Made by a program: the position numbers and the translations under genes. A stretch of 63,823 nt of DNA, counting the filler, from Octopus bimaculoides (taxonomy: Eukaryota), in assembly GCF_001194135.2 (NCBI RefSeq). It is 5 parts of 4 records of this genome, joined end to end, with 100 filler letters (N's around TTAATTAATTAA, not from the genome) between each part and the next. Parts side by side here need not be neighbours in the genome. Positions count along the whole stretch, not along the records: positions 1 to 26,458 come from NC_068983.1; 4 more parts are not named here. One strand, given 5' to 3'. Each line of letters starts with the position of its first letter. Position 1 is the stretch's first letter. Of the stretch, positions 1 to 12,977 are shown one piece after another. The notes beneath the pieces were generated by a model, which saw nothing but the letters and a program-made list of their open reading frames with translations, was not told the origin of the DNA and did not search any database.

Positions 1-649
1 TATATATTATTTTCTGTATGTATAACATATTTTGTTTTACTTCCCCCTGATGCAGTTTTTGCATTGGTATGTCTACTACATGCCGATGTGGCATTTCCTA
101 TCTTTTTGAGTTATTTGTTGTATTTTATACACAAAGATAATATTCTTGCCGCACTAATATGAAAGATCACTCCGTAACTCTATGTGTGTGACATAAGGTG
201 TGAGCGTGGGAGTTGGTACACATATAGATCTACATACAGCCATATCTACATACATATATATACACATACAATCACACAGAGACACACGTACACACGAGCA
301 CACGTACACACGAGCACACGTACACACGAGCACACGTACACACGCACAAAACTGTTTTCAGTGAAGTTATCCACAATTTCAGAATTACATACATAAAAAC
401 ATATGTATTCGTGTGTATGTATATCGTTGTTTTTAGTTTGTTCTGCCATCCTTATCTATTATTTATTGCAGCTATATACAATTTCATCTTCCAGTCGTTG
501 GAAATTATTTAAAAAATGTATTATACATCTATGTAAAGTGGAAAGCAACGATATATTCTTTAGAGTTGATATAAGATATTGCTTCTATGGCCCATTGGTC
601 ACAGCAGAATGACTTGAGTTTCAGTTTGCAATGTATTAGATAAAAATCA

Positions 650-1150
650 ATAAACTATACCATACTCAAAATCACCTACCCAATTTTAGTTAGTATGTCA
701 ATAATACTTTACTACATTTGCACCAAATACCATGTATTTTGAATCATCTGAATCTTAACGTATGAAATTCATGTCCTGCCAAATCTAATTTCAGCTTGTA
801 ATGGTGATATGACGGATTTCAATAGCGGTTACATCTCTGTTCCCCAGCATCGTGTCATTTACCTCATGTCGAGACCACATCATTTTTCTTTTTTTGATAA
901 TTTTTTGTGTAAGATTATCCTGCAAAAAATCGATTCGGCAAAATACATACAGGAATCAGTCCTTGCTGAAGCCCGATTGTTCGTGGGTGCTAACAAAATA
1001 TACTAAGATAATTGTATTGTTTCACAAGCATTTATACAAGACTTGATGTAATAGAACAACATATCTAATGAAACTGATGGTTTACCTCATTTATAGCAAT
1101 TATAATCGGATGAAGAAAATACCAACGCATCAGACATGAGCTGCAGTCAG
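650..1150 (-). mobile_element. Highly decayed non-LTR retrotransposon RT remnant
   Basis: Minus strand gives HEQSGFSK (QxGFR-like RT motif) and FKIHGI-like words amid stops and frameshifts; clade unresolved. Confidence 0.3.
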
Positions 1151-1621
1151 ATAGAGAGAGCCATCACTTATCTGGTGAGAGTATAACTTTAGTATCGCTA
1201 AGATCGCATCCCCAAAACTTTCCCTTTTCTTCATAGGCAGAAAATATTTCAAATACAAATAGCTGTTGCCATTGTACAAATCTCCCGTGAGACTCACACT
1301 GGGTTACTTCTGGCACATGCGAGACAGTGGTGCGGACACTCCGGTGCGCATATATACAACAGCCACACGACAGTTTGACATTTAATCTTTATTAGAAAGC
1401 GGCTGGGCCCCACTTTGGTATTTCCTCCCTTTGTCTTATTACCGGTGCTATATTACTTGTTTCTTGGAGGTAGATGGTCTTGCATCTCTTGTGGAGGAGA
1501 AGCGAGCCAAGATATTCGACCCAAGTTGTTGTTTGTTACTTTATATTGTTGACCAAGGAAAGATGAAGGGGATTCGAAACTGCAAGGTAATGAGCCAGAA
1601 GAATTACTACATGGAATTTTG

Positions 1622-2250
1622 ACCGGCGGTCTAATGACAGCTCCACTTTGTCGATTAATGTTTTAGTATACGCTTAATATTACATTGGATTGTCGATAAA
1701 ATAAGTACCAGTTGTGCACTGGGATCGATGTATTCGATTTACCGTCTCCCTCCAAATTTCTGGCCTTGTGCCCAAATTTGAAACCGATATCACATATTGT
1801 TTAAAGGTGGTGCGCTGGCAAAATCGTTAGTACAACGGATAAAATGCTTATAGGCATTTCGTCCTCCCGCCTAGGTTGCAGTTGTCTTTCATAATTTCGG
1901 ATTCAATGAAATTAGTACCAGTTGATTACTGGAGTCGCTGTAATCGACTTACTCCACCCCATGAAAAATATTCAAGCCTCGAGCCAAAAGCAGAAACGAT
2001 TATAAAGGAGGTGAGCTCACAGAATCGCTAGTACGCCGAACAAACTACTTAGTGGTATGTCAAACTATAACTACTCTCATTCCACGTATAATCACTCTCC
2101 TACGCGGTTGGTTTGAAACACGGTGATGTGATAAACCAATTCCACGGAGGTCAACTGTTTATTTCATTTTTGGCTGTCGATAAAATAAGTACCAGTCATG
2201 TGCTGGAGTCGTAGTACTTTCAGGCGTTGTGTCAATAGAAGAAAGAAATA
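1622..2250 (+). mobile_element. Three adjacent degenerate copies of tRNA-derived SINE family A
   Basis: Head ggtggtgcgctggcaaaatcgttag / ggaggtgagctcacagaatcgc; shared core gtcgataaaataagtaccagt; tail ggccttgtgcc. Confidence 0.75.
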
Positions 2251-2583
2251 TCAAATACTGTCTGGAAGCGTAGTATAAACTAAGTGTTAAAAACATCTTC
2301 CTGCAAATCAAAGAGTAGAGTAAAGATGGATTCTGACTCTGTTCGTCTATTTACAGGTACCATTTAACGAATTTTGTGGAATGCTGTATCATGTAGATTA
2401 TACATGGCATCAAGTCTCATACTTGATTTGAAGGTTCTGTAAATTAAAACTTTGTCAGAAAAAAAAGAAAAAGAAAATGTTCATACATAGACAACTGTGT
2501 TAAAGGAAAGAATGCTAAATAGGATCGTAGCAAGTTAGATACATATAAAGATACAATGGTACACATTTACAAACATATATAAG

Positions 2584-2618
<35 letters not shown>

Positions 2619-3355
2619 ATATATATATGTATATGTACGTATATACATATGTATATATATACATAGCGAGAGAGAGAGAGAGAAAGAGAAAGATAGATAG
2701 ATATAAACATCTGTGTGTATGCGTGTGTGTATGCGTGTGTGTGTGTGTGTGTGCGTGCGTGTGCGTGTGTGTGTATGTGTACATATATACGCGCGCATTT
2801 CTGAAGATATTCATATATACTTATCGATATAGTGAAACATATATCATATGCAGAGAAAAAAATGAACAAAATACTGACAGAGACCATAGAAGGGCAATGA
2901 GGCAAAGATACAAATGGAGCGTTTATGAGAGAGTTTAAGACTGAGGGAGAAAGGGGGGGAGAGAAAGAAAGAGGAGATAGAGTGATGAGAGGGAAGGATA
3001 GAGGTTAAAAGATTGATAACCCGAAAGAAAATATAATGGATATATGTTTTTTTTTTTAATAGAAGCAGAAACATGTCAAGAGAATATTAACAGATATCAA
3101 GATATCCCATAATTTATATTAACATTTATGTATTACTTTTTTATATTTTCATACTGCATGGAATGTATTTCTCTAGATTTTCCATGAGCAAACTAGTTCA
3201 CCGAGACAATTGCTTTACTAATCATTGGTAAAGTAATGCACTGACCGCAAAATACACACGTCCATTAATAAATTCGTTAGGAAACATACATACAACACAC
3301 ACATGTAAATATATATTGAATCTTGAATTCCAAGCAACTCTTATAAAAATTACAA

Positions 3356-3742
3356 ATTTTGGCACGAGATCAACATTTCCAGGGATGGGAGTAAGTCAAT
3401 TACATCGTCCCTACTGCTTAACTGCGACTCATTTTATAGCCCCTGAAGGAATAAAATCAAAGTAGATCTTGGCAGAATTTGAACTCAGAACGTAATGACG
3501 GACGAAATTTTTATTTCTTTATTGCCCACAAGGGGCTAAACATAGAGGGGACAAACAAGAACAGACAAAGGGATTAAGTCGATTACATCGACCCCAGTGC
3601 GTAACTGGTACTTAATTTATCGACCCCGGAAGGGTAAAAGGCAAAGTCGACTTCGGCGGAATTTGAACTCAAACCGTAACGACAGACGAAATACCGCTAA
3701 GCATTTCGGCCGGCGAGCTAACGATTCTGCCAGCTCGCCGCC
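3356..3742 (-). mobile_element. Tandem SINE family A pair (full copy with alternative tail plus 5'-truncated copy)
   Basis: Contains gaatttgaactcagaacgtaa (B-box region), gcgtaactggtacttaatttatcgaccc and gccagctcgccgcc head. Confidence 0.9.
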
Positions 3743-3892
3743 ATAGAAGCACCTCTAATAATTTAAACAATATTGGTTTCAAATTTTGGCGACCTGGTCA
3801 TTGACTTCACGACTCAATATCTCAATGGCATTCCAGTGAAGTTAACAATCTTGTATTTCTGAATGGTTAATATTCATTTTCTATAAGGAGTT

Positions 3893-4100
3893 GGAAACAT
3901 TAGAACGCCGGGCAAGATACCGACATTTCGTCCATCTCTACATACCGTGTTCAAAATCGCTCACGTTGGCCTTGCCTTTCACCATTCGGGATCAAAAGAA
4001 AAAAAAACGTACTTGTTGAGCACTAGGCTCGATGAAATCGACTTGGGTCTACGCTCAAAACTCCTGGTCTTGTGCTGAACTTTGAAACCAATATTAAGAA
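3893..4100 (+). mobile_element. Degenerate SINE family A copy
   Basis: gttggaaacattagaacgccgggcaagat...ttgcctttcaccattcggg...ggtcttgtgc matches the family consensus seen elsewhere in the window. Confidence 0.65.
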
Positions 4101-4189
4101 TTGCCGGAATCTTTAGATGTTTTACTGCTTTAGATTCCCACAGTGTCTCAGATCAAAATATTCATGTAGCAAGAACTCTCTCTCTCTCT

Positions 4190-4650
4190 CACTCGTCCTC
4201 CTTGTCTCTCTCGTTGCTCACATCTGACCAACGGCCATCCATCTTTCTTTCTTTCGCTTCCTTCCTAAAGAAAAGACGTGCTTTCACCTGTTTATTCTCA
4301 AAGCTCGTTTTCCCAGCGTTCACCATTTGTTTTTACTGTATTGTTCTCATTGTGCTGTCTGTGTTACCACTTTCACCCTCCGCAAAAAATCCCAAATTTG
4401 ATTTAATTTGCTTTGCGGGACGGACTATTTTAACGAAGTCGTGTCTTGTCCCTACCTTCGAAACTCAGAGTAGATAAAACAGGGGGCAACTGATGAAGGG
4501 AATGTTCTTTACGTTACCTGTCTCGTTTCTCTGTTTGTATGCTTGTTTCGTTATTCGAAAAAAAGTTCGTTTTCTACGTTTTTGTCTTTTATGTTCTCGT
4601 TTCTCATTTTTTCTACGCGTTTTTGATGTCCTGTGCCCATATATGCATGT
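4190..4650 (+). mobile_element. Dispersed repeat family D (CTGATGAAGG-containing; possibly a PLE terminal-repeat derivative)
   Basis: Shares gttgctcaca..gacca..ccatctttc and caactgatgaaggg...gtcctgt with copies at 49.3, 54.8-54.96, 57.1-57.5 and 58.4 kb. Confidence 0.6.
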
Positions 4651-5360
4651 AAATATACATATATATGCAGGCATGTACATATATGTATGTATATATATGC
4701 ATATATTTATATATTATTTACATTATTACATACTTATGCATATATATCGATACACATGCCTGTATACATATGCATATATGTGCGTGCACCTGAGTATATG
4801 TGTGCTTAAAAATATTCGCAGTCACTTAGTGTTCTTTCTTAAAGTTAATAATTAAATATTCGAAGATAAGGTAATAAATTGCTCTCAGTAACAATAATTT
4901 TTAATAACCCTATAAATAATCAATCTGAAAGTTGTGCTCCCTAACGTTTAATTTCACACATAAAATATTAATATTCTAGTGAAATGAACGGATCATTTTA
5001 AAATTAAGCACCACCTTGAACGCTATAATAATCACGCCGAACACTATGAGGAATATATATTAAATTTTGCTAATGAAATACGGAAATGTACATGTAATGC
5101 AAACTGTTTTTTTCAGAAACAAAACGTTTTTTTTTTCTTTCTAGTAAATATATAGAATTTATATGTTTATTTTACTGAATATATAACCCAATTTCTTTTA
5201 CATGCTTCAGAAAATGGGAGCTATTTCTACCTTAGTGTGTATATAGAGTAATACTCACAACGTAAAAAATACATGTCTATGTCAATATTTTATATATACA
5301 TAATATATATATATATATATCTGTGTATGTATGTTTGTACGTATTTATTTATGTACGTGC

Positions 5361-5401
<41 letters not shown>

Positions 5402-5433
5402 GTACAAGTATAATGCTTGGGAAGTGAAAAAGT

Positions 5434-5469
5434 CTTTAACGTTTCGAGCCTACACTCTTCCACAGAAAG
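5434..5469 (-). ncRNA. Minimal PLE-type hammerhead-like motif with variant core (CUGUGGA)
   Basis: Minus strand CTTT-CTGTGGA-A-GAGT-GTAG-GCTC-GAAACGTT-AAAG: stem I 4 bp, stem II about 4 bp, palindromic ACGT stem III; core position 6 is U, not A. Confidence 0.4.
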
Positions 5470-5649
5470 GAACACAGAAAACTTATATATATATAAGTAA
5501 ATACATACACACACATTCATATGTGAGAGTGCACCCCCACGTACAGACACACACACACACACAGGAACACAAACATACATACACACAAACGAATAACGCA
5601 ATATCTAATGTAATTCAAACTGTATTATTTAAAATTACTACTGACTGCT

Positions 5650-6800
5650 GAAGGACCGATATCAACCAACGAATCATTCTGCATATAATTTAGAAGCCAT
5701 AATGCAAATTGGTTCCTAGATTTATCAGAGATGTCGTGGATATTCTCAATCGTGTTCCAGAAACGGAAAATCTATAGACAATCCTGATTAGTTTCAACGC
5801 TATCAACTTCAACCCAAATATCGTTCACGGAATGGAAGCAGTAGAACTCTGGATAGACAAATACGCATGCATTGTTCAGGAGAGATGCCCAAAAGGATTT
5901 ACTCTGGAAAGATTATGACTGATGCTTGGAAACACATACTATTATGATAACAAATAATTCCTTCAAAGAAATGGGCACCACTGGATATGATAACTCCACG
6001 CATGTCTTCAGCGCACGTGAAAAGAATCCTTGAAGAAAATATTTACGCTAAATCTGGAATTATTTTGATAAATATTTCCGTTCATATTTAAGACAATGAC
6101 GGATAAGATTCATGCATGACTGATTGAAGTAAGAAGGATCTCACAATCTTCCAGAAATATATATGAATATATATATATCATTCATGAATCCATTCAGTTC
6201 AATGTGGAAATTAAGGAAAGGAAATTGGAAAGCTCTCTTTTCAGATATTCTGCTAATTAAGGAAAATGAGACTGGAAGGAAAATACAGAGTACCTAGATT
6301 ACAGATCTTGTCGTCTGTTCCATATCAAATTAAATATCCTATTTATTATGGCACGATTAATGTGGTACGACTCCAAGTAGATAAGCGAGACAATTGGTAC
6401 AGCTAAAAATATTCCTTCTGAAACAAAACAACGAAAACCAAAGCAGAACTTATAATAATCGCTGATATAGAGAGAGATACAGTCACAATGAGAGTGAAGG
6501 TTAAAGTAGAAACATAAATATTCCATTTCAAGTCACTAATAATACTGGAAACCGTGTATCTTACCTTTCCCCAAACGATACCTTGCAAATCTACACACCT
6601 CATCGAAACTCAGAAAAAGAAAAAAAAAATATGACATCACAAATTACTAGCTGCCGAAGACACCCACCAAATTTTGTAAGACTCTTAAAAAGAAAAGGCG
6701 AAATTCACATTACAAGAATAAATTATGCATATGAGAAGCAAGGGAAACCTGAGCTGAGAGACGTGTGAATAAACTGAATACGGCAAAAACACAAAACATT
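5650..6800 (+). mobile_element. Penelope-like element reverse transcriptase pseudogene fragment
   Basis: Translates (with stops and shifts) to VPRFIRDVVDILNRVPE..TILISF..GMEAVELWIDKY..ERCPKGFTLERL*LMLGN, HESIQF, DILLIKEN and HIKLNILFIMAR, collinear with PLE RT and thumb. Confidence 0.8.
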
Positions 6801-7828
6801 CAAAATTGCGCCATAATTAAAGTTTAATACAGACATAAATAGCACAACAAAAGCAAAATGCTTCACTACATCACATACCCACTATGCAATGGGAATTCTA
6901 TAGCTTAAAATGAATAGAGAGAACTAGAGTATATAAGCAACAATTCAAAGAGCCATTTTTTTGAAATGTTACAAAGAGTGAACATCACGAGAGTTGTGCA
7001 TCCGGTAAATTTAGCTTATCTCCCTTTTCGAAGAAAAACAAGTAAATGGTCAACTAGGATGGTTAAAAGAGCATTTTATAAAATTCTGAATCGGATATAG
7101 CCACTTCTCTTCTAAAAGAATTTACCTCATTACTTCTCCATAAAATCCCTTATAACACGTGTGTTTGAAAAGCTAAAACATTAAAAGGCGCTTACACAAT
7201 ACAACGATTGCCTTCCATAAATTTAATACACTCTCAATTTATATTATCTTTCAATTTGTTTTTAAATAGATAAATCACGATTTGCAATTCAAGAAAATCT
7301 TACGTTAGTATGTGTGTGTACGTGTGTGTGTGTACGTGTGTGTGTGTACGTGTATGTGTGTACGTGTGTGTGTGTACGTGTGTGTGTGTACGTGTGTATG
7401 TTTATATGCTTTTTTATATATCCGGAAACTGAATTTTTGTCTAGTGAATCACGTTACGCACCAATGTGATTTTCAGGGAAGGNNNNNNNNNNNNNNNNNN
7501 NNNNNNNNNNNNNNNNNNNNNNNNNNNNNNNNNNNNNNNNNNNNNNNNNNNNNNNNNNNNNNNNNNNNNNNNNNNNNNNNNNNNNNNNNNNNNNNNNNNN
7601 NNNNNNNNNNNNNNNNNNNNNNNNNNNNNNNNNNNNNNNNNNNNNNNNNNNNNNNNNNNNNNNNNNNNNNNNNNNNNNNNNNNNNNNNNNNNNNNNNNNN
7701 NNNNNNNNNNNNNNNNNNNNNNNNNNNNNNNNNNNNNNNNNNNNNNNNNNNNNNNNNNNNNNNNNNNNNNNNNNNNNNNNNNNNNNNNNNNNNNNNNNNN
7801 NNNNNNNNNNNNNNNNNNNNNNNNNNNN

Positions 7829-7876
<48 letters not shown>

Positions 7877-8849
7877 TTAGCACCCCTGCCTATGAGAGCT
7901 GTTTATATGGTGTGATATTTTTTAATTCCATAAAAACCTAATCGTCTTGAAAATTCACACAATACTTGCTTTAGAATTTACGCTCTTTATTCATAGACAA
8001 ATCGAAACCAATATCAATTGTTTTCGCTCTGCGTTTTGCGACCACAAACTAAATTCCACAAACTAAATTCCGTTTTCAGCTGACACTTACTAGTTTCAAT
8101 TAGCAGCAGAAATTATCTCTGTTTTCCCATTTTATCAAATGGAAGGGTTGGTGTAGTCCAAACAAAATATGAACATAGTAGTATTGATATTTACCAACTG
8201 GTGTAATTTTACAACTATTGGAAACAGATATGGAATTTAATCTTATATACAACAGCAGGTATCTTATTTGGCAGGGATTTTGTTTGCTCACGTTAATCAT
8301 GATAGTTATGTTCAGTGTTTATGTTATATATCCATTCCACTATATATAATATATATATATATATACATACACACGTACATGCATACATACATGCATACAT
8401 ATAAAGACATACATAGATGTATATGCCTGTACATAAACATAGATACACACATATGTGCATATATATGTGTGTATGTGCGTGCGTGTGTGTGGTTGTGTGT
8501 ATATATGTGCATGCATGCATGCATGTGTGTGTATGAGTGTGTGTGTGTGTGGTTGTGTGTAACATAGCTGAATAGATTTCGATCAAGCAACTGATATATA
8601 TTTACATTTCGGATTGTGATATTGCTAATTAACTTTGTAATAATTAAACTAAGATATTAATCAACAGTTCTCATATGTCATGGCCAACTGGTAATGGATG
8701 AAATGTAGAATTCCTTCTATTCTTGATTAATATTGGTTAGTCATTATACATGAGCAGCTAAATAGTTTGCCAAGATATCAAAATTCTCGATGATTTACCG
8801 GACTGTTCAACTTGTGTTAGCTGTTCTTATTTTTATCCTTTAATCACAG

Positions 8850-8918
8850 ATCACCACTGGAGACGCAAACTGGAAAATATTGGATCCCTCATTCCGACTC
8901 ATTGTTTTCAAAGATAAC
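8850..8918 (+). CDS. Candidate internal exon (ITTGDANWKILDPSFRLIVFKDN), gene unknown
   Basis: Good acceptor tttttatcctttaatcacag; open frame; phase 0-0; weak donor gtattg. Confidence 0.3.
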
Positions 8919-9929
8919 GTATTGAGGACAAAAATGAACTGTGTCGCATTTAGTTTAAGGCGGTACTCTTTTACTATTTTTAACTCGATTCAGTCATACA
9001 GCGACAGCTATGATGAGTCACCATTTCCAGGCATTTATTACAATGTTTCATCGATCATATCAACACAAATACTTATTATCAACGTCTATATGTGCATGAT
9101 AATCGGGTATATCGTTTGTCAAGTCTGATCAATGCAAAGACGGACAGGCAGACAGAACTATGTGAACACGTAGAGGTACGCACACACGCTCGTGCGAACA
9201 AACTCACGTGTGTATGTATATATGTATATACGTGGTCTGATCAATGAGTATTCGGACTGTTGCCATAGTATCGAAGCTAAAGCACACAGTGTGAAGCCGC
9301 TTGGCATAAATCGACATCGAGCGCCGCTCTGCATGCACACTAAGTTTAAACATTCTAGCACGCAATCGTTGTTTACAGCAGTGCTTGGAAGAATGGTGCG
9401 TAACGCGTGATCTTCGCATTGACCATGACAAAGAAGGTTTAGCAGATCGTTGGCATTCTCTGAAGAACTATAATGGGGGAAGATGAGAATATTCGGCACT
9501 TGGTTTGTTTCACAAATATCTAAATTTTCACATATGTCTGATTTTAGGAAATCGTAATCGTTGCCTATAAATATTAAATGTGATCCTGGATGTCAGCTGT
9601 GTTTTAGTCCTCTGTAATCTTTGTCACATTCCTCAAATTTAACAGCATGAATTACTTCTTTGGCACACAACTGTGTGTTCACAGTGAAAATATTATCCAC
9701 TTTAAAATTATGCACCCATAGTTACACGTCCCATAGTTAGAGAGACCAAATGTGTTGACTGTCGGTGTTCTGAGTTTAGTGAGTAATTTTGATATTTCAG
9801 AAGCTAATGTTTCCTACACATTGTTCATCGTTCCAATATTCTATGATATTTGCCTGGGTAAATGATAAATCTACAGAGTATTTGATATGCTTTCATGGAA
9901 CCATCTACATGGTAGATGTTATTTGCCTT

Positions 9930-11220
9930 TTGGCAGTCATCCTGTGAACGTGGTTATCTCTGTGTCGACCGGGGTTCTCTTTCAAAAATGTTCTATTATA
10001 TCTGGTTTGCTGTTGATTTTCTATCATCACCCATCTTTTTTATATTTCGCCAACATTTGCACAATGTTTTGCTGAAAACAAATGCACCCTTCACCTTATA
10101 ACATTCCCAAGTTGTTGCACCTTAATGGCCGAAGAGCTTTTAGACTATATCTCGAGCACTTTAATCTATCGAACAGTTTTCTTGATCTTATATTTTTAGA
10201 TCATTTCCCTACCATCAAAAGCATCGTATCGTGCGTATTTTACTACAAGGAAATTATAAACGGCCACTCTCGCTATAACCTTTGTATACGATACCTGTTC
10301 TGTTCTCCATTTCTAACTGATACTGTAATTTCTTTTATAATCTACTGTACTCGATTGCTACAGCTTTGCTAGTAGTATGTTTCGTTGAATTTTGTTGATT
10401 GCAAGGCCGACACCTGGCTCGGTTTCTGAAAACATTTTTCAGCAAAAAAATGGTTTTCCATATGCAGTATCCAGAATCCTTTCTACGCCTATTTGTCTTT
10501 CCTTAGTTGAATATGCATTTAAAAAGCAAATTACGGACAGTGCAGCATATTAGTCAAAATTATACATAACTTATACTCCATTAGCAAATATAATGAACAT
10601 TCTTGATTATCCATTGAGGTATGTTCAATTCTACAAGTATGAGAGCTTTTGCATAATTCTCCTATTAGTTACTTCTATTCAGTTCTTACGTCCGTCGTCT
10701 GCAAATGAAGATGTCCCTATGTATAATTTTAAATATCTCCGTAAATCTGGCCGTTCATCCGTAGCCTAGGCCTAAGCAACCACCAGTCCTAAAACACCAC
10801 AATATTCTCAGCTACTTTCATGCAGTGTCACATCTTGGAAGATTGATCTTACAATGAGATACAAGTTATCCGAAACAATTACTTTATGCGATCTGAGCTT
10901 GAAGAAAGCTCCTAGTCGCAGAGAACGATAGCAAGAGTGTCGTTCAAATTTTCGTCTCACTGATAGCTACAGCAATTAAAATTAGTGACTAGAGAATTTT
11001 CAACAAACATCTGTTTCCTCGACCGTCTCAAACCTCATGTGTGTATGCACATTAATTGTTATATGTTGTTTAGCAAAAGAGCTGGAAAAGAACTACCAAA
11101 AGCCAATCTACTTTATTATTAACCCGGAGATTACGATCTGATGTTCTAGAAAGCCTTTGTGCGTTACTCAGGCGTTGTCAAAATATCCTACAAATTGTGG
11201 CATTGTTGCAGAAACGCATG
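9930..11220 (-). mobile_element. Decayed RTE-clade LINE RT remnant
   Basis: Minus strand SFADD at about 10695-10706, an upstream GGCL (QGC-like) word and a downstream KMGDDR..PRS..PRSQDD tail typical of RTE C-termini; many stops. Confidence 0.5.
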
Positions 11221-11489
11221 ATTAGTTCTGTACAAGAAATGCATGCTTCTTTTTCCCGGAGGATTTCTTATTTACCGTATATATATGATATGCTCCTCTT
11301 ATACGTGCATGTGGATGGAGGAGAAGAATTTTAATAATTTACTGCTGTTCGGAGAAACTGTTTAGAGAAAGGAACTCTAAAACAGAGGTGAAAGGTTATG
11401 ACTGATGTTTTTTGTTTATTCGTACCTTCTGCTGTTACTGAAATTGTTGATATTACAATATTTGTTATTGTGTATAGCAATACTACTCA

Positions 11490-11640
11490 AAGTGGTGGTC
11501 CACAGACCGATACCGGCCCACAAGCCATCAGCTATTGGTACGCGGCAAGGTTTCAGAAAAGAAAGAAACATAAGACGCCTATAAAATGCTTATGTAATAT
11601 TGTTTTATTTGTTTACATAATAAATATAAGATTTTAAAAT
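11490..11640 (+). mobile_element. Possible hAT-like DNA transposon end
   Basis: gtggtggtccacagaccgataccggcccacaagcc resembles hAT subterminal text; no partner end is visible before the gap. Confidence 0.25.
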
Positions 11641-12327
11641 TGTCAACTTTTATTATATTCATTATATGTATATATATANNNNNNNNNNNNNNNNNNNNNN
11701 NNNNNNNNNNNNNNNNNNNNNNNNNNNNNNNNNNNNNNNNNNNNNNNNNNNNNNNNNNNNNNNNNNNNNNNNNNNNNNNNNNNNNNNNNNNNNNNNNNNN
11801 NNNNNNNNNNNNNNNNNNNNNNNNNNNNNNNNNNNNNNNNNNNNNNNNNNNNNNNNNNNNNNNNNNNNNNNNNNNNNNNNNNNNNNNNNNNNNNNNNNNN
11901 NNNNNNNNNNNNNNNNNNNNNNNNNNNNNNNNNNNNNNNNNNNNNNNNNNNNNNNNNNNNNNNNNNNNNNNNNNNNNNNNNNNNNNNNNNNNNNNNNNNN
12001 NNNNNNNNNNNNNNNNNNNNNNNNNNNNNNNNNNNNNNNNNNNNNNNNNNNNNNNNNNNNNNNNNNNNNNNNNNNNNNNNNNNNNNNNNNNNNNNNNNNN
12101 NNNNNNNNNNNNNNNNNNNNNNNNNNNNNNNNNNNNNNNNNNNNNNNNNNNNNNNNNNNNNNNNNNNNNNNNNNNNNNNNNNNNNNNNNNNNNNNNNNNN
12201 NNNNNNNNNNNNNNNNNNNNNNNNNNNNNNNNNNNNNNNNNNNNNNNNNNNNNNNNNNNNNNNNNNNNNNNNNNNNNNNNNNNNNNNNNNNNNNNNNNNN
12301 NNNNNNNNNNNNNNNNNNNNNATTAAT

Positions 12328-12414
<87 letters not shown>

Positions 12415-12706
12415 CTGTTTCCGGTATAAATTAATATTACAAAGAAATATCAAGGGTACCTGGCACACTGGAAAAATAAACTGCCAGTACATCACATCAG
12501 ATAGTTTGAGAAGCATTGGTGTATAATATTCTTCATCCTCATGTTGTTGATTGTTTCTCAGTTTTACTGTTTTTGCATTTGTTATTTCATTGTTACTCTA
12601 GTTCTTGCTTTTACTGTCCAGTCAGCTGACCGGGTCTTTTCGGCCTCTTCTTTGAACTGTAAAACCGTTGAAGCTCAAAGTGTTTGCTGCTGCTTCCCTC
12701 TCCGTC

Positions 12707-12757
12707 ATATATTGGCACAATTCCTATATTGGCACAATTCCTATATTGGCACAATTT
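12707..12757 (+). repeat. 17-bp tandem repeat x3 (tatattggcacaattcc)
   Basis: Directly visible. Confidence 0.9.
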
Positions 12758-12921
12758 CGCAAATCTTTATCGTAGCTTAATGTCGAAAAAATCGACTGCC
12801 GTATTTTTTGACTGGTATTTTTCTACATCCAGTGTTCTGAAAAATGTACTACTAATGCAAAAGCTTCTAAAACTGCTGTTGCTATTGCCGCTGCTACTAC
12901 TATTACTACTACTACTACTAC

Positions 12922-12977
<56 letters not shown>

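Noticed and set aside
7126-7172. Minus-strand mini-exon LFKHTCYKGFYGEVM with good splice sites
   Set aside because: It cannot be linked in phase to other candidates; chance is plausible, so it is not called
12707-12757. Short direct repeats as a possible CRISPR-like array
   Set aside because: Head-to-tail 17-mers with no spacers, in a eukaryotic context
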